Counted from the first letter of the stretch, positions 28,409-39,705 are shown. The stretch is 64,000 bases of DNA from Candidatus Latescibacterota bacterium (GCA_965206595.1 OZ242214.1:2752001-2816000); one strand, 5' to 3'. Notes: generated by a model from the letters alone, not told the origin. A program made the numbers and translations.

Positions 28409-28590
28409 GTGAAAACCGTCCAGGCCGAAGAGGGATGGGTCCGTAGAATCCGCACGGGGGACGGAGCGGCGTTCGAACTGCTGTTTGGCTCGTACTGCCA
28501 GCCCCTGATCCGTTTCGTCCGCCGCTACGTGGGGGATACAACCATAGCGGAGGACCTGGTGCAGGATGTCTTCCTCGCCGTCTGGCGGAA
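28409..28590 (+). pseudogene. ECF sigma factor (FecI-like) N-terminal fragment
   Basis: GDGAAFELLF...AEDLVQDVFLAVW is the start of sigma region 2; region 4 is absent. Confidence 0.75.
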
Positions 28591-28656
28591 ATGGCAGGGA
28601 TATGTCAGGCGATTGCCCTGCTCACATGTTGCTTCATCTGAACCCGGAGATTCGTC

Positions 28657-29331
28657 GTGAAAAGAACAATCGGGATTTTCGCCCTGCTGCTTTGCCTCTT
28701 CATGCTCTTCCCCACCGAAGAGGCAGCGGCAGAGCAGGTCAACGGTGGAGGGGACGTGCTCAACGAAGTCCCCATCTGGCCCGTTCCGCCCGGGATGACC
28801 CTGGAAGAATACACCGACGCCAACCGCAGACTGGGGGTCGGCCTGGCCTTGATGTCCGTGCCGCTCCCCGGGGCGTTGCACTTCTATGCCGGTGAAAGCA
28901 GAGAAGGGTGGATGCATGTCGGTGCCGCCGTGCTGGGGAGCGCTTCCATCGTTCTCGGCGCAGCCATGATCGACGAAACGAACAATGCCTGGGAAAAATC
29001 CGACTTCGAAACCGTCGACATCGAAGGAGAAAGCGAGGTTGTGCGATATGAGAAGATACCTGTCGAGGAAGAAGGCGGAGTGTTTACCTACCGGCTGAAA
29101 AAGCTCGAGCGCAAAACCGAGGGGGCCGGGGCTGCATTCGTGGCCCTCGGAGCCGGTCTGCTGGTGGGCCAATTACTGCACGACTTGATCGACGGCATAA
29201 AGACGATCGAGCGAAAGAGGGACGCGGTGAGGTATAAATACGGCAAATCAGCGGGGTACAAGTTGAGCGTGAATCCCGATGTGAATATCGAGCGAGGCAG
29301 CCTCGGGGCGCAGCTGGCGCTGCGCTTCTGA
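28657..29331 (+). CDS. Hypothetical exported/membrane protein
   Basis: Signal peptide, PGALHFYAG motif, C-terminal aromatic residue (LALRF). Confidence 0.75.
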   Translation: MKRTIGIFALLLCLFMLFPTEEAAAEQVNGGGDVLNEVPIWPVPPGMTLEEYTDANRRLGVGLALMSVPLPGALHFYAGESREGWMHVGAAVLGSASIVLGAAMIDETNNAWEKSDFETVDIEGESEVVRYEKIPVEEEGGVFTYRLKKLERKTEGAGAAFVALGAGLLVGQLLHDLIDGIKTIERKRDAVRYKYGKSAGYKLSVNPDVNIERGSLGAQLALRF

Positions 29332-29345
29332 TCCGGGCATTCACG

Positions 29346-29675
29346 GTGAAAGACATTAGCGACGACTGGGCCTTGCTGGCGCGTTATTTATCGGGCGAAC
29401 CGCGCCCCGCCGATATCGACATACACCTGGGGTGGATGCGCCGGGCGGCGTTCTTCGACGACGCCCCCCTGCGGGACGTCCTGTTCCAGCTGGAACGCTG
29501 GTACGATGTCCAATTCACTCTCGAGGACACTTCCATGGCCGCGGAACGACTCACCATGCACGTCGAGGCAAAGTCTCTCGACAGTGTTCTCGAGCTGATC
29601 TCGGCCCTGACGGGACTGGACTGCCGGCGTGACGACGGCAGGGTCCTGCTGGCATCGAGAGGCAAGGGCGGATGA
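29346..29675 (+). pseudogene. FecR-like anti-sigma factor with an in-frame internal deletion
   Basis: N-terminal WALLARYLSGE joined directly to the C-terminal FDDAPLRDVLFQLERWYDV domain; TM segment and FecR core missing. Confidence 0.72.
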
Positions 29676-32254
29676 TGGATCGCTTGACGAGAGCGATGCT
29701 CTGGACAATGGCGGCGCTCGCAATCGCCGCTCTGAACGACGCCGCGGCGGCGCGGCCCCCTGCCGTCCAGGTCGGCGGACTGAGGGTGCCCGAATCCGTG
29801 CTCACGGTGATATCCGTCGATCTCGAGAACGTCCCTTTCGAGGCGGCGCTTGCAGCCATCGCGGCAAAGGGAAACTTCGACCTGAGCTACAACCGCAGCC
29901 GCATCCCGGTCGATGAGAAGGTAACCGTGAGCATGGAGGGGATCCGCGCCCTGGATGCCCTGTCCTACGTGTTGGAGGAAACCGACACGGAACTTGCCGT
30001 TACCAGCGACGGACAGCTCGCGGTCGTTCCGTCGGCAGCTCCCGATGACCGGCGGGCGGAAAGGTCAGCCACCCTCAGCGGCTTCATCCGCGACCGCAGC
30101 GACGGCGAGCGCCTGCCCAACGCCACGGTCGCGGTCGGGGACCGGGAAATGGGCACCCTCAGCAACTCCGAAGGCTACTACGCCCTGCCCGGCATTCCGG
30201 CGGGAACCTGGGTAGTCGCCGTGTCCTACATCGGCTACGCCGTGCACCGGGACACCCTCCACCTCGCCGCCGGCCAGGAGCTGCGCCGGGATATCGAGCT
30301 GGATCGAGATGAGCTGAGGATGGAAGCCGTCGTCGTCGAAGCCGCGGCGGACCGGGTGGAGAACGAGCTGAGCCAGCAGACCAGCGTCGTCGTCCTGCCG
30401 ATGAAATCCCTGCAGAAGATGCCGGCCATGGGCGAAGCCGACCTGCTGCGCAGTCTGCAACTGTTGCCGGGCGTCCAGACGGCGTCGGATTACAGCAGCG
30501 GCCTCTACGTGCGCGGCGGCGGACCCGACCAGACCGGCATCCTGCTCGACCAGGTGCGGCTCTACAACCCGTCGCACGCCTTCGGCTTCTTCTCCACCTT
30601 CAACCCGGATGCCATCAAGGACGTCACCTTCTACAAGGGCGCCTACCCGGCCCGGTACGGCGGCAACCTCGGGGCCATCCTCGACGTGCAGAACCGCGAC
30701 GGCAACCGCCGCCGTTTCAGCAACAGCGGCGGCGTCAGCCTGATCTCCAGCCGCTTGATGAGCGAGGGGCCGCTGGGCAGGGGCTCGTGGATGGTGGCCG
30801 GCCGGCGCACCTACATCGACCCGGCGTTGCGGGCAGTGCGGAGGGGCGTCGACGACCTCGACGGCCTGGGCTACTGGTTCTACGACCTCAACGCCAAGAT
30901 CAACACCCAGCTGACGCCCGACGACAACCTCATGGTCAGCACCTACGGGGGCGACGACCATCTCGACATATCGGTGAGCGACAGCACCAACAGTCTTTCC
31001 TTCGGCAACGAGTGGGGCAACCGCGCCCTGACCGGGCGCTGGACGCACCTGTTCTCGCCGGCCCTGTTCGGGCGCGCCATCCTCCTGTACTCCAGGTACC
31101 ACAGCGACATCATCATCGACCTGTTCGGCACCCCGATCGAGATACGCAACAAAGTGCGGGACGTCACTCTCAAGGGGGATCTCGACTGGTTCGCCTCCCC
31201 GGACCACACGCTGCGCGCGGGCATCGACCTCACCCGTTTCCGCTTCGATTACGGGGTGCGCTTCGACGAGTACGAAGAGAACCAGATCGTAAAGCCGTAC
31301 CTGCTTTCCGCCTATATCCAGGACGACTGGCAGGCGACGCCCCTGACCGAGGCCCTGCTGGGTCTGCGCGCAACTTACTACGAGGAGGGCGGACGCTTTT
31401 CCCTGAACCCGCGTTTCTCGCTCAGCCGCGTGTTGCAGGAGGGCTGGCGCGTCAAGCTCGCCGGCGGCAGCTACCAGCAGTACCTGCAGCTTGTGTCTAC
31501 GGAGGGGTTCGGCGGCGGCGACCTCTGGGTCTCCCTCGACGAGACCGTGGATCCCGGGCGCTCGTACCAGGCGGTCTCGGGACTGGAGTGGGAGCCTTCC
31601 GCCGCCTGGCGGGTCAGCGTCGAGTCCTACTACACCGACCTGGCCAACCTCGTGGTCCTCGACGAGGACCTCGAAGAGAACGCCGAGCAGGAAACCTCGG
31701 AGGACGTATTCAAGACCGGCGGCGAGGGCTACGCCACCGGACTGGAGCTGTTCGCCGAGAAACGCCGCGGGCGCCTGAGCGGCTGGCTGGGCTATACCCT
31801 CGGATGGACGCGGAGAAGATTCCCGGAGATCGACGAGGGCCGCACCTTTCCGCCCAAGTACGACCGGCGTCACGACGTCTCGCTGACCGCCAAGTTCGAC
31901 GCGGACCGCTGGACCTGGACGGCCAACTTTGTCTACGGCACGGGCCAGGCCTACACCCCGGCCGGGGCCCGCTACACCCTGCGCGACCCGGCGGCCGACC
32001 GCCCTGTCGACCGGCTCCTCGCGGCACCGCGCAACAGCGCCCGGCTGCTGCCCTACCACCGCCTCGATGCCGGGGTGCGGCGCGAAGTCGGGCTCTTCGG
32101 CGCCGAGGTCGAGTTCTACCTGCAGATCTTCAATCTGTACAACCGTCGCAACGAGTGGTTCATCCAGTACGACCCCGAGGATTCCGAACAGCCGCCGACC
32201 GTGGTCAGGATGCTGCCCATACTGCCGACCTTCGGCTTCGACTTCAGGTTCTGA
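29672..32254 (+). CDS. TonB-dependent receptor with STN and carboxypeptidase-regulatory-like domains
   Basis: LQLLPGV, LYVRGGGPDQ, FSTFNPD, GAYPARYGG; C-terminal FDFRF. Confidence 0.93.
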   Translation: MMDRLTRAMLWTMAALAIAALNDAAAARPPAVQVGGLRVPESVLTVISVDLENVPFEAALAAIAAKGNFDLSYNRSRIPVDEKVTVSMEGIRALDALSYVLEETDTELAVTSDGQLAVVPSAAPDDRRAERSATLSGFIRDRSDGERLPNATVAVGDREMGTLSNSEGYYALPGIPAGTWVVAVSYIGYAVHRDTLHLAAGQELRRDIELDRDELRMEAVVVEAAADRVENELSQQTSVVVLPMKSLQKMPAMGEADLLRSLQLLPGVQTASDYSSGLYVRGGGPDQTGILLDQVRLYNPSHAFGFFSTFNPDAIKDVTFYKGAYPARYGGNLGAILDVQNRDGNRRRFSNSGGVSLISSRLMSEGPLGRGSWMVAGRRTYIDPALRAVRRGVDDLDGLGYWFYDLNAKINTQLTPDDNLMVSTYGGDDHLDISVSDSTNSLSFGNEWGNRALTGRWTHLFSPALFGRAILLYSRYHSDIIIDLFGTPIEIRNKVRDVTLKGDLDWFASPDHTLRAGIDLTRFRFDYGVRFDEYEENQIVKPYLLSAYIQDDWQATPLTEALLGLRATYYEEGGRFSLNPRFSLSRVLQEGWRVKLAGGSYQQYLQLVSTEGFGGGDLWVSLDETVDPGRSYQAVSGLEWEPSAAWRVSVESYYTDLANLVVLDEDLEENAEQETSEDVFKTGGEGYATGLELFAEKRRGRLSGWLGYTLGWTRRRFPEIDEGRTFPPKYDRRHDVSLTAKFDADRWTWTANFVYGTGQAYTPAGARYTLRDPAADRPVDRLLAAPRNSARLLPYHRLDAGVRREVGLFGAEVEFYLQIFNLYNRRNEWFIQYDPEDSEQPPTVVRMLPILPTFGFDFRF

Positions 32255-32256
32255 CG

Positions 32257-33273
32257 ATGCCTGTATTCCTGTTGCTTCTGACTCTCGCGCCGCTCCTGTC
32301 CTGCGACGCGCCGGGCCCCCTGGCCGCCGACCGGGATCCCGGCGAGCTGTTCGGTCCCGGCCAGGAGGAGCTCATCGTGGTCGACGCCATCCTCGTCGTC
32401 GACGCGCCGCTGCCGCCGGTCATGTTGCGGCGCACGGCAGCGCCCGGCGTTCCCTACGAGGCCGCGGCGACGCGGCTGGAAGGGGCCAGCCTCTCCATAA
32501 AGAGCGGCGACGCCCTGTTCGAGTACCGTCCCGACCCGGAGGTACCCGGGCGCTACCTGCCTCCCGGCGACGCCCCGCCGGTCGAGCCCGAACGCGTTTA
32601 CGAGCTGCAGGTTACGAGTGGAGACGCTCCTGCAGTGCGCGCCCGGACCCGGACGCCGGCGCAGGTACGCATCAATGAGCTGGTGTTGCTCGACGACGAC
32701 CTGGAGACCGAGCTGCAGCGCCTCAGGCTGTTCTCCGAGATCGGCGACGAGGTCTACGACGCCGGGGAGAACCAGCTGGAGTACCCCGTGGGCGTGCTGA
32801 TAGCCCGGCTCGGGGACGGCGGGGAAACCGGGTTCTACCAGTTCGCCACATTCAACCTCGAGAGCTCCAGTCCGTATCTGTTCGCCACCGATTGGATCGA
32901 GGAGGGGGACCTGGAGGAAGAGGAGGACTTCGAGCTGGAGCGCGACAACACCTCCCCCCTGTTTCGTGCCGAAGAGAGCGAGCTCTACGTCCCCTGGGAG
33001 GGCATCTATCACGCCGGGCGCTACAAGGTCAGGCTCTTCGCCGTCGACCGGAACTGGTTCGACCTGGTGCGCACCGACAACATCGATTCGGAGCGCGGCT
33101 CCGGGGAGGCCGGCCAGTCCTTTCAGCGGCCCCTCTTTCATATCGAAAACGGGATCGGCCTTTTCGCCTCCGCCTCGGTCGATTCCTTCGGCTTTTTCAT
33201 CCGTCCCCAGGGGAGCCCGGCCTGCTCCGGGTGCGAGTGCTGGGATTGCGGGGAGGCCCCCCCGAGCGAGTGA
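32257..33273 (+). CDS. DUF4249-like lipoprotein partner of the TonB receptor
   Basis: Lipobox LLSC, IVVDAIL, HIENGIGLFAS; directly after the receptor. Confidence 0.75.
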   Translation: MPVFLLLLTLAPLLSCDAPGPLAADRDPGELFGPGQEELIVVDAILVVDAPLPPVMLRRTAAPGVPYEAAATRLEGASLSIKSGDALFEYRPDPEVPGRYLPPGDAPPVEPERVYELQVTSGDAPAVRARTRTPAQVRINELVLLDDDLETELQRLRLFSEIGDEVYDAGENQLEYPVGVLIARLGDGGETGFYQFATFNLESSSPYLFATDWIEEGDLEEEEDFELERDNTSPLFRAEESELYVPWEGIYHAGRYKVRLFAVDRNWFDLVRTDNIDSERGSGEAGQSFQRPLFHIENGIGLFASASVDSFGFFIRPQGSPACSGCECWDCGEAPPSE

Positions 33274-33454
33274 TCGGGCGCTGTCCCCCCGGACAGCGTG
33301 GGTGGGTGGGTGTACCCCGCCCCGGCCGCGGTTCGGAAGATCAGGCGCGCCTCCCCGTGGTTCTTGAGGTAGCGGTCGCCAATCGTTTCCTTCATCGCCC
33401 TGCCGCCAGGGCAGACCATCGTCACACCGAAACCAGCTTCAGAGGGAGATTGTC

Positions 33455-34225
33455 ATGAGCTCGGACACGCCCGGCCTTGTCGCCGGCAAAGTAGCCATTG
33501 TCACCGGGGCCGCCTCCGGGATCGGGGAAGCGACCGCCAGACGGCTGGCAGAAGAAGGGGCCTCGGTAACCGTCGCCGACATCGACGACAGCAACGGCAA
33601 GCGCGTCACCGGGGAGATCAGGGCCGCCGGGGGAGACGCCCTTTTCGTCAGGACCGACCTCAGCAGGACCCCCCAGATCGAGCGCATGATCGAGCGCACC
33701 GAGCAGCACTTCGGGCGCCTCGACATCCTTCACAACAACGCCATCGCCTTCCAGCACGGCTCCGCAACCGAGCTCGACGAAACGGGCTGGGACCTGACCC
33801 TTAACGTCGGGCTGAAGGCGGTTTTCCTGGCGGCGAAGTACGGCATCCCGGTGATGCGCAAGACCGGCGGCGGAGCGATCATCAACACCGGATCCGTTCA
33901 CTCCCTGGTCAGCTTCGCCACCTGCACCGCCTACGACTCGGCCAAGGCCGGCATCCTCGGGCTCACCCGCGTCCTCGCCCTCGACTACGGCCCCGACATC
34001 CGCGTCAACGCGGTGCTGCCCGGGGCGATCCTCACCCCTTTGTGGGACAACCTCGAGGTGCCGGAGAAGGAGCGGCGGCGCTACGCGGACATGGTGCCGG
34101 CCAAGCGGCTCGGCAACGGCGACGACATCGCCAACGCCGTGCTTTTCCTGGCATCGGACGAGGCCTCGTTCGTCACCGGCACCCACCTCGTGGTCGACGG
34201 CGGGCTGCTCTGCCGCACCGAGTAG
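33455..34225 (+). CDS. SDR family oxidoreductase
   Basis: TGAASGIG, HNNA, YDSAK, VDGG motifs. Confidence 0.92.
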   Translation: MSSDTPGLVAGKVAIVTGAASGIGEATARRLAEEGASVTVADIDDSNGKRVTGEIRAAGGDALFVRTDLSRTPQIERMIERTEQHFGRLDILHNNAIAFQHGSATELDETGWDLTLNVGLKAVFLAAKYGIPVMRKTGGGAIINTGSVHSLVSFATCTAYDSAKAGILGLTRVLALDYGPDIRVNAVLPGAILTPLWDNLEVPEKERRRYADMVPAKRLGNGDDIANAVLFLASDEASFVTGTHLVVDGGLLCRTE

Positions 34226-34247
34226 GGCGCCCAGGAGGGACAGGACA

Positions 34248-36008
34248 TCAACGGCCTTCCCGGGTCAGGGTCACGACCTGGTTGGCCGCCACCCCGGACA
34301 GCTCCTGCCCGGCGCCGTCCGGCCAGCGCACCGTCAGGAGGTCGACCTGCGCAGCCAGCCCCAGGCCGAAATGAAGGCGGGTGTCGTCCTGGGACAGGTA
34401 GCCGCCCCCGGCGCGCACCTCCCGCACCATCCGCAGCTTTCCGGCCCTGGCCGTCACCCGCGCCCCGATGGCATGGGTGTTCGGGCCTTGGTCTCGTAAG
34501 CGCAGGATCAGCCAGTTGCCGCGGTTGCCCCCGTCGTTGCGCAGCAGGGTCGGGGGCGCGTCGAGGTTGGAGACGGCGATGTCGAGGTCGCCGTCCTCGT
34601 CGAGGTCCCCGAGCGCCGACCCGCGGCTCGACAGCACGACCTCGAACCCCGGACCCGACAGCCGCGAGACGTCGATGAAGCGCCCCGCGCCGGTGTTTTC
34701 GTAGAGCTGGTTCGGCTGCCGGTACCTCGTCCCGAGGCCGCCGCGGTCGACCGCCGGGAAGACGTGCCCGTTGGCGACGAAGAGGTCCTCGTCGCCGTCG
34801 TGGTCGCAGTCGAAGAAACCGGCGCCCCAGCCCAGGTACGCCAGGCTCGACAGCCCGAGCCCGACCTGCCAGCTCGCGTCGCGGAAAGCGGCGCCCCCCC
34901 GGTTCTCGTACCAGGCGTTGTGGTCGTGGGAGAAGTTGGTGACGAAGAGATCGAGATCCCCGTCGCCGTCCGGGTCGCCGGCGGCCGCACCCATCCCGGA
35001 TTGCTCGCGCCCGTCCTTCCCGAAGGCGGCACCGGCGGCGACGGCGATATCGACGAACCGCCCGCGGTCGTTGCGGTAGAGCACGTTGGGTGTCGAGTCG
35101 TTGGCGACGTAGAGGTCGAGGTCGCCGTCGTCGTCGAAATCCCCTGCCACCGCAGCGAGACCGTAGTACTCGTACTCCTGCAGCCCGGCCTCGGCGCCGG
35201 CTTCGGCGAAGACCCAGCCTTTTTCCGGCCCTTCGTTGCGGAAGTAGAGGTCCCTGGCCCCGGGCAGGCCGTTGGGTCCGCAGAACACCTCCGTCAAACC
35301 GCGCCAGGTGCAGTAGGCGTCGCGGTCCTCGGGGACGAAGCCGGGATCGAAGTCGACGTAGTTGGTCAGGTAGAAGTCGAGGTCGCCGTCGCCGTCGAAA
35401 TCCCCGAACGCCGCGGCCGACCCCCATCCGGGGTGGGCTACCCCGGCGGCCCCGGCCACCTCCCGGAAGCGCCCCCCCTCGTTCCGGTAGAGGGCGTTGG
35501 CGCCGTAGTTGGCGAGGTACAGGTCGACGCGGCCGTCGCCGTCGTAGTCCGCCGCGGCGACCCCCATGCCCCAACCTGTGTGAGCGGCCCGAAGTTCGCC
35601 GGCGACCTCGGCGAAACGCCATTCCCGGTCGTTGCGGTACAGGGAGGCGCGCGGCTCGGCCCCTTCGGGGAACCCGCCCATGCGGGAGCCGTTGGTGAAG
35701 AAGATGTCGAGGTCGCCGTCGCCGTCCTGGTCGAAGAGGGCGACCCCTCCGGTGGTGCTTTCGAGGATCAGCTTCTTTTCGGGGGTGCCGCTGACTATGG
35801 GAGTTGTGAGCCCCGACTCGGCGGCGACGTCGACGAAGCGGGGGTGCCCCTGCCCGGCGGCTGCGGAAGAGCTGGAACCGGGCTGCTCCCGGGTCACCCG
35901 CGCCCCGGGGGAGGAATCCGGGGCAGCAGCCGCAGCTCCTGCCCCGGAGGCTGCGGTGGCGCCAAGGACGATCCCCCAGAGGGTCAGCTTCGGTGAAATA
36001 GATCCCAC
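34248..36008 (-). CDS. CRTAC1-family protein (FG-GAP/VCBS repeats + ASPIC/UnbV); start approximate
   Basis: Multiple DxDGDGDLD repeats; C-terminal AIGARV...GYLSQDD.RLHFGLG. Confidence 0.9.
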   Translation of the reverse strand: MGSISPKLTLWGIVLGATAASGAGAAAAAPDSSPGARVTREQPGSSSSAAAGQGHPRFVDVAAESGLTTPIVSGTPEKKLILESTTGGVALFDQDGDGDLDIFFTNGSRMGGFPEGAEPRASLYRNDREWRFAEVAGELRAAHTGWGMGVAAADYDGDGRVDLYLANYGANALYRNEGGRFREVAGAAGVAHPGWGSAAAFGDFDGDGDLDFYLTNYVDFDPGFVPEDRDAYCTWRGLTEVFCGPNGLPGARDLYFRNEGPEKGWVFAEAGAEAGLQEYEYYGLAAVAGDFDDDGDLDLYVANDSTPNVLYRNDRGRFVDIAVAAGAAFGKDGREQSGMGAAAGDPDGDGDLDLFVTNFSHDHNAWYENRGGAAFRDASWQVGLGLSSLAYLGWGAGFFDCDHDGDEDLFVANGHVFPAVDRGGLGTRYRQPNQLYENTGAGRFIDVSRLSGPGFEVVLSSRGSALGDLDEDGDLDIAVSNLDAPPTLLRNDGGNRGNWLILRLRDQGPNTHAIGARVTARAGKLRMVREVRAGGGYLSQDDTRLHFGLGLAAQVDLLTVRWPDGAGQELSGVAANQVVTLTREGR

Positions 36009-36142
36009 CCTTGCTGCTGTCCAACCGACGGCTCTGACGGATCCGCGATCCCCTGCCGATTGCCGAGGCATGCCCGCGGGCATGCCGTTCCAGCCCTGCG
36101 CCGCGGACAGAGAGAGGACCCTTCCGACCGGTCCCCCTCCGC

Positions 36143-37879
36143 TCAGGCGGTGAAGAAGGCGACGACGGTCCAGCAGATCGCCGCCAGGCCGGCGGCGATG
36201 GAGGCCTGGGGGATCTGCGTCTTGACGTGGTCCATCAGGTCGCAGCCGGTGCACATCGAGCTGAGCACGGTGGTGTCGGAAATCGGCGAGCACTGGTCGC
36301 CGTACACGCTGCCGTCCATGACCGCGGCGAAGCAGAGGGTCATGAAGAGCTCGGGATGGGCAAGGCCGTGGGCCCCGGCCACCGCCCAGGCCAGCGGCAT
36401 GGCCAGCGGGAAGGCGACCGCGTAGGTGCCCCAACTCGTGCCGGTGGAGAAGGCGATGACCATGGTCATGATCTGCAGCAGGACGGGCAGCAGGAAATAG
36501 GGAATCGCTGCGCCGAGCTGCTCGACCAGGAAGATGCCGCCCCCGGTCTCCTTGCTGATGCCGCCGATGGTGATGGCGAGCAGGAGGATTACGGAGCCGA
36601 GCACCACTCCCTTGAGGCCGTCGTGGAAGCCGGAGACGAGGTCCTTCAGCGACATCCCCTTGGCCAGGGCCATGCCCGCGGCGAGCAGCAGGGCGGTTCC
36701 GAAGGCCCACTGCACGTTGGGGGAGCCCCCGAAGATGAAGGTGCCGACGGCGATGCCGATGAGTGCGGCCAGGGGCAGGAAGAACTCCAGCACGTGCGGG
36801 GCGTAGCCCTCCGGCACGTTGCTTCCCTGCAGCTCCTTTGCGCTCAGGGGGGCGGCCTCGTCGGCGTCGAGCTTGCCGGTCTCGCGGGAGCGCTCCATGG
36901 CCGCCTTGAGCCGTTTGCCGAGGAACAGGGGCTTCTCGATGCTGAGGAGAAGGGTGCCGAGCACGGCGAAGATCGCGTAGAAGCAGAAGGGCACGCTCTG
37001 GAAGAAGAAGGCGATGCGGTCCGCCTCGGTGGCGAGGAAGCTGACGCCGGAGACGAAGATGAAGGCCTGTACGTACCCGGGCCAGGCATTGAAGGCGAGC
37101 TGGGAAGCGATCGGCGAGGCGGTCGAGTCGACGATATAGGACAGCTCTTCGTGGCTGACTTTTTCGTTGTCGGCGATCGGCTTGACCGTGGTGCCGACCA
37201 GCACCGTGCTGACCGTGCCCCCCTGGAAGAAGACGACGCCGAGCATCCAGGCGACGAGCTTGGCGCTCCTGGGGCCGCGCACGAAGCGCACGGTCATGAA
37301 CTCGGCGAACGCCTTTGCTGCGCCGGTGCGGGACCAGATCCCCATGAGGCCGCCCAGCAGCCACAGGTAGAGCAGCAGGACCCCGGCGGAGCTCGTGGAG
37401 GCCAGCGAGGGGATCAGCACGTCGCCGGTGAAGTCGTAGCGGCTCAGCACCAGGGCCCCGGAGAAGATGCCGCCCAGAAGGGAGGTGACCGGCTCCTTGG
37501 TCATCCAGCACAGGAGCACGGCGACCACCGCGGGCAGCAGGGACCAGAAGCCCCAGTGGTGCTTTGCCTGCAGCTGGTAGTAGAAGGTCCGGGACTCGCC
37601 GTCCCGAGTCTCCACCACGGAGACGAACTCCCGGGTCACCTCAGGGGCCTCGCGCGAGCCCTTCATTCTCTCGGGGTTGAGCCGCGCGTCCTCCATTGGG
37701 ACGGCTTCGAAAAAGGCCGGCTTGTCCCGGTACATGTAGGAGAGCCTGCCGTCGCTGTCGCCGCGGGCATCGAGGGCGACCTGCTCGACGGTCCAGGTCG
37801 GCGCCACGTTGATGCCGACGATCCAGGAGACGATCATGGCGATGGCGAAAACGACGAACTTGCGGATACCTGTGCTCAT
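36143..37879 (-). CDS. Na+/H+ antiporter NhaC-family transporter
   Basis: [29 protein letters not shown] motifs; many TM segments. Confidence 0.88.
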   Translation of the reverse strand: MSTGIRKFVVFAIAMIVSWIVGINVAPTWTVEQVALDARGDSDGRLSYMYRDKPAFFEAVPMEDARLNPERMKGSREAPEVTREFVSVVETRDGESRTFYYQLQAKHHWGFWSLLPAVVAVLLCWMTKEPVTSLLGGIFSGALVLSRYDFTGDVLIPSLASTSSAGVLLLYLWLLGGLMGIWSRTGAAKAFAEFMTVRFVRGPRSAKLVAWMLGVVFFQGGTVSTVLVGTTVKPIADNEKVSHEELSYIVDSTASPIASQLAFNAWPGYVQAFIFVSGVSFLATEADRIAFFFQSVPFCFYAIFAVLGTLLLSIEKPLFLGKRLKAAMERSRETGKLDADEAAPLSAKELQGSNVPEGYAPHVLEFFLPLAALIGIAVGTFIFGGSPNVQWAFGTALLLAAGMALAKGMSLKDLVSGFHDGLKGVVLGSVILLLAITIGGISKETGGGIFLVEQLGAAIPYFLLPVLLQIMTMVIAFSTGTSWGTYAVAFPLAMPLAWAVAGAHGLAHPELFMTLCFAAVMDGSVYGDQCSPISDTTVLSSMCTGCDLMDHVKTQIPQASIAAGLAAICWTVVAFFTA

Positions 37880-38057
37880 CTTTTTCTCCTGATGGAGAGG
37901 GGGGGGTGCCCGTCGTGGACCCTGCCCCGCGATACGAAGGTTGGTGGCCGGGCCGGCCGCGGCCCCGGGGCATGGCGGAGCCGCTTCGATAAAGCGGGTT
38001 GGGTATGCCGTGGTCAAGGGACCTGCCCGGCTCTGCGGCGGCTTCCCGGTGGCCGGT

Positions 38058-39353
38058 TCAGGTCAACAGATCGAGGACGTTGCGATGGGGCCTGTTGTCC
38101 AGCCCCTTTTCGGGGCCGCTTCCCGGGCCGGGCTGGTAGTCGTTCGGGTAGGCGGCGACGTATTCGAGCGGGGTCACATCGCGCAGCAGGGTGAAACCGT
38201 TGCCCTGACCGGGTACGCGGACATTCGCGGTGACGCCGGGATCCGCCCCGTTTTCGAGCAGCAGCCGCAGCACCGGAAAGCTGCGGTTGTGGTTCGAGGT
38301 GACGGCGTGAAAGACCGGGGTCTCGTTGCCGAACCCCTCCCTGTCGGGCTGGGCCCTGCGGTTGGCGTCCGCTCCTGCGGCGATCAGGGCCCGGGCGGCC
38401 TCGAGGGACCCGTACTCCGCGCAGAGATGCAGGAGGGTCGGGCGCTGCAGGGGCGCCCCGCCGTAAAAGCCGCCGAATCCCCTGTCCTCCTCCTGGCGGA
38501 AGCCGGAGTGCGCGTCGACGAGCCCCGGATCTTCGGCCAGCCTCCCCTGCAGCAGGTCGATCCGGCCCCTGAGGAGGTCCATCTCGGGGCCGTCCGTGTA
38601 GTTCGCGCCTGCCTGGACCAGAAGCTCGAGGCATTTCTCGCGGTGTTCGTGCTGGTAGGTGTCGAGGACCATGTCGAGAGCGGTGCCGTCCCGGTCCCGG
38701 TAGTTCGGGTCGGCGCCGTGCTCGAGCAGGAACCGCAGGCCGTCGGGATTCAGGCTCTCGCAAGGTCCCATGATGGTGCCGCCGCCGTAGTGGGTGGCCG
38801 GGTCCACCCCGTGGGCGAGCAGCTCCTCCATCACCGGCAGATTGCCCTGTGTGGCGGCGCGGGAGAGGGCGTCGTCCTCCGGGTCGGCCCCGCCTGCGAC
38901 AAGCAGGCGGACGATGGCGACCTGGTTCGGCCCCTCGGCGTTGTCCCCCGCGGCGAAGCGCAGGGGCGTGCAGCGCCGGGAGCGGTCGGGGGTCATGTTG
39001 ACGTCCACGATCTGCGGATGCGCCTCGAGCACCTGGCGCACGCCGCCGACGTCGCCGGCGTTGACCGCCTTGCGAAGCGCTGCGAGCGGAGCGGAGAGCC
39101 CCGCGCCGGGCTCGGTCGCATCGACTACTCTGGCCCACTCCGAATAGCCGTGTTCCTTGGCGATGACGTGCTGCGCTTCCTGCAGGGACAGGTCCGTTGC
39201 CGCGGTCCCCGCCGGCTCGCCGGACAGGCGCGGCAGGTGCGTGCCGGCGCGCACCTGTGCCTGCGGCCGGCCGTCGCGGTACTCCTTCAACAATTTCTTG
39301 GCTTGCTTCTTGAGATGGGCCAGGCTGGCCCGTTTCGGGAGTCGTCCAGACAT
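38058..39353 (-). CDS. Ankyrin-repeat protein with N-terminal 'HLKKQAK' helical domain
   Basis: [24 protein letters not shown] repeats; N-terminal [12 protein letters not shown]...[17 protein letters not shown]. Confidence 0.88.
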   Translation of the reverse strand: MSGRLPKRASLAHLKKQAKKLLKEYRDGRPQAQVRAGTHLPRLSGEPAGTAATDLSLQEAQHVIAKEHGYSEWARVVDATEPGAGLSAPLAALRKAVNAGDVGGVRQVLEAHPQIVDVNMTPDRSRRCTPLRFAAGDNAEGPNQVAIVRLLVAGGADPEDDALSRAATQGNLPVMEELLAHGVDPATHYGGGTIMGPCESLNPDGLRFLLEHGADPNYRDRDGTALDMVLDTYQHEHREKCLELLVQAGANYTDGPEMDLLRGRIDLLQGRLAEDPGLVDAHSGFRQEEDRGFGGFYGGAPLQRPTLLHLCAEYGSLEAARALIAAGADANRRAQPDREGFGNETPVFHAVTSNHNRSFPVLRLLLENGADPGVTANVRVPGQGNGFTLLRDVTPLEYVAAYPNDYQPGPGSGPEKGLDNRPHRNVLDLLT

Positions 39354-39359
39354 GTGGAT

Positions 39360-39480
39360 CCTCTCCTTCGGGAGCCCGAGGTCCGCTGGTTCTCAGGCAA
39401 AAGAAGGTCAGGTTGTCTCGACAAATCGGGAACGTGGGGTGGGTTCAACCCTTCCCGCGGACGTGGAGGCTCCCCCGAAG
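39360..39480 (-). ncRNA. Putative structured 5' leader of the ankyrin gene
   Basis: Long-range pairings CTTCGGG/CCCGAAG, GGAGCC/GGCTCC and GTCCGC/GCGGAC close a ~115-nt domain that abuts the RBS. Confidence 0.4.
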
Positions 39481-39629
39481 CACGAGCCGATTTTATCAGG
39501 CGCCCGCCGGATGGTCAACCTATGGCGATCCTGCCAGCCTCGACGCCGGGCTGACTTCGGCACCCTCCCGGCCCCGGGAGATCGACACCGGCCGCTGCCC
39601 CGCGGCGCTCTCCCGGACCTGAGAAACCG

Positions 39630-39705
39630 ATGCTTTCCAAACAGCAGATACGCCACTACAGGACCTTCGGTTTCGCCGTCATGCCGCAGGTCCTCCGCCC
39701 CGACA
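39630..39705 (+). pseudogene. N-terminal stub of a phytanoyl-CoA dioxygenase family gene
   Basis: MLSKQQIRHYRTFGFAVMPQVL resembles the start of the PhyH gene at 42559. Confidence 0.5.
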
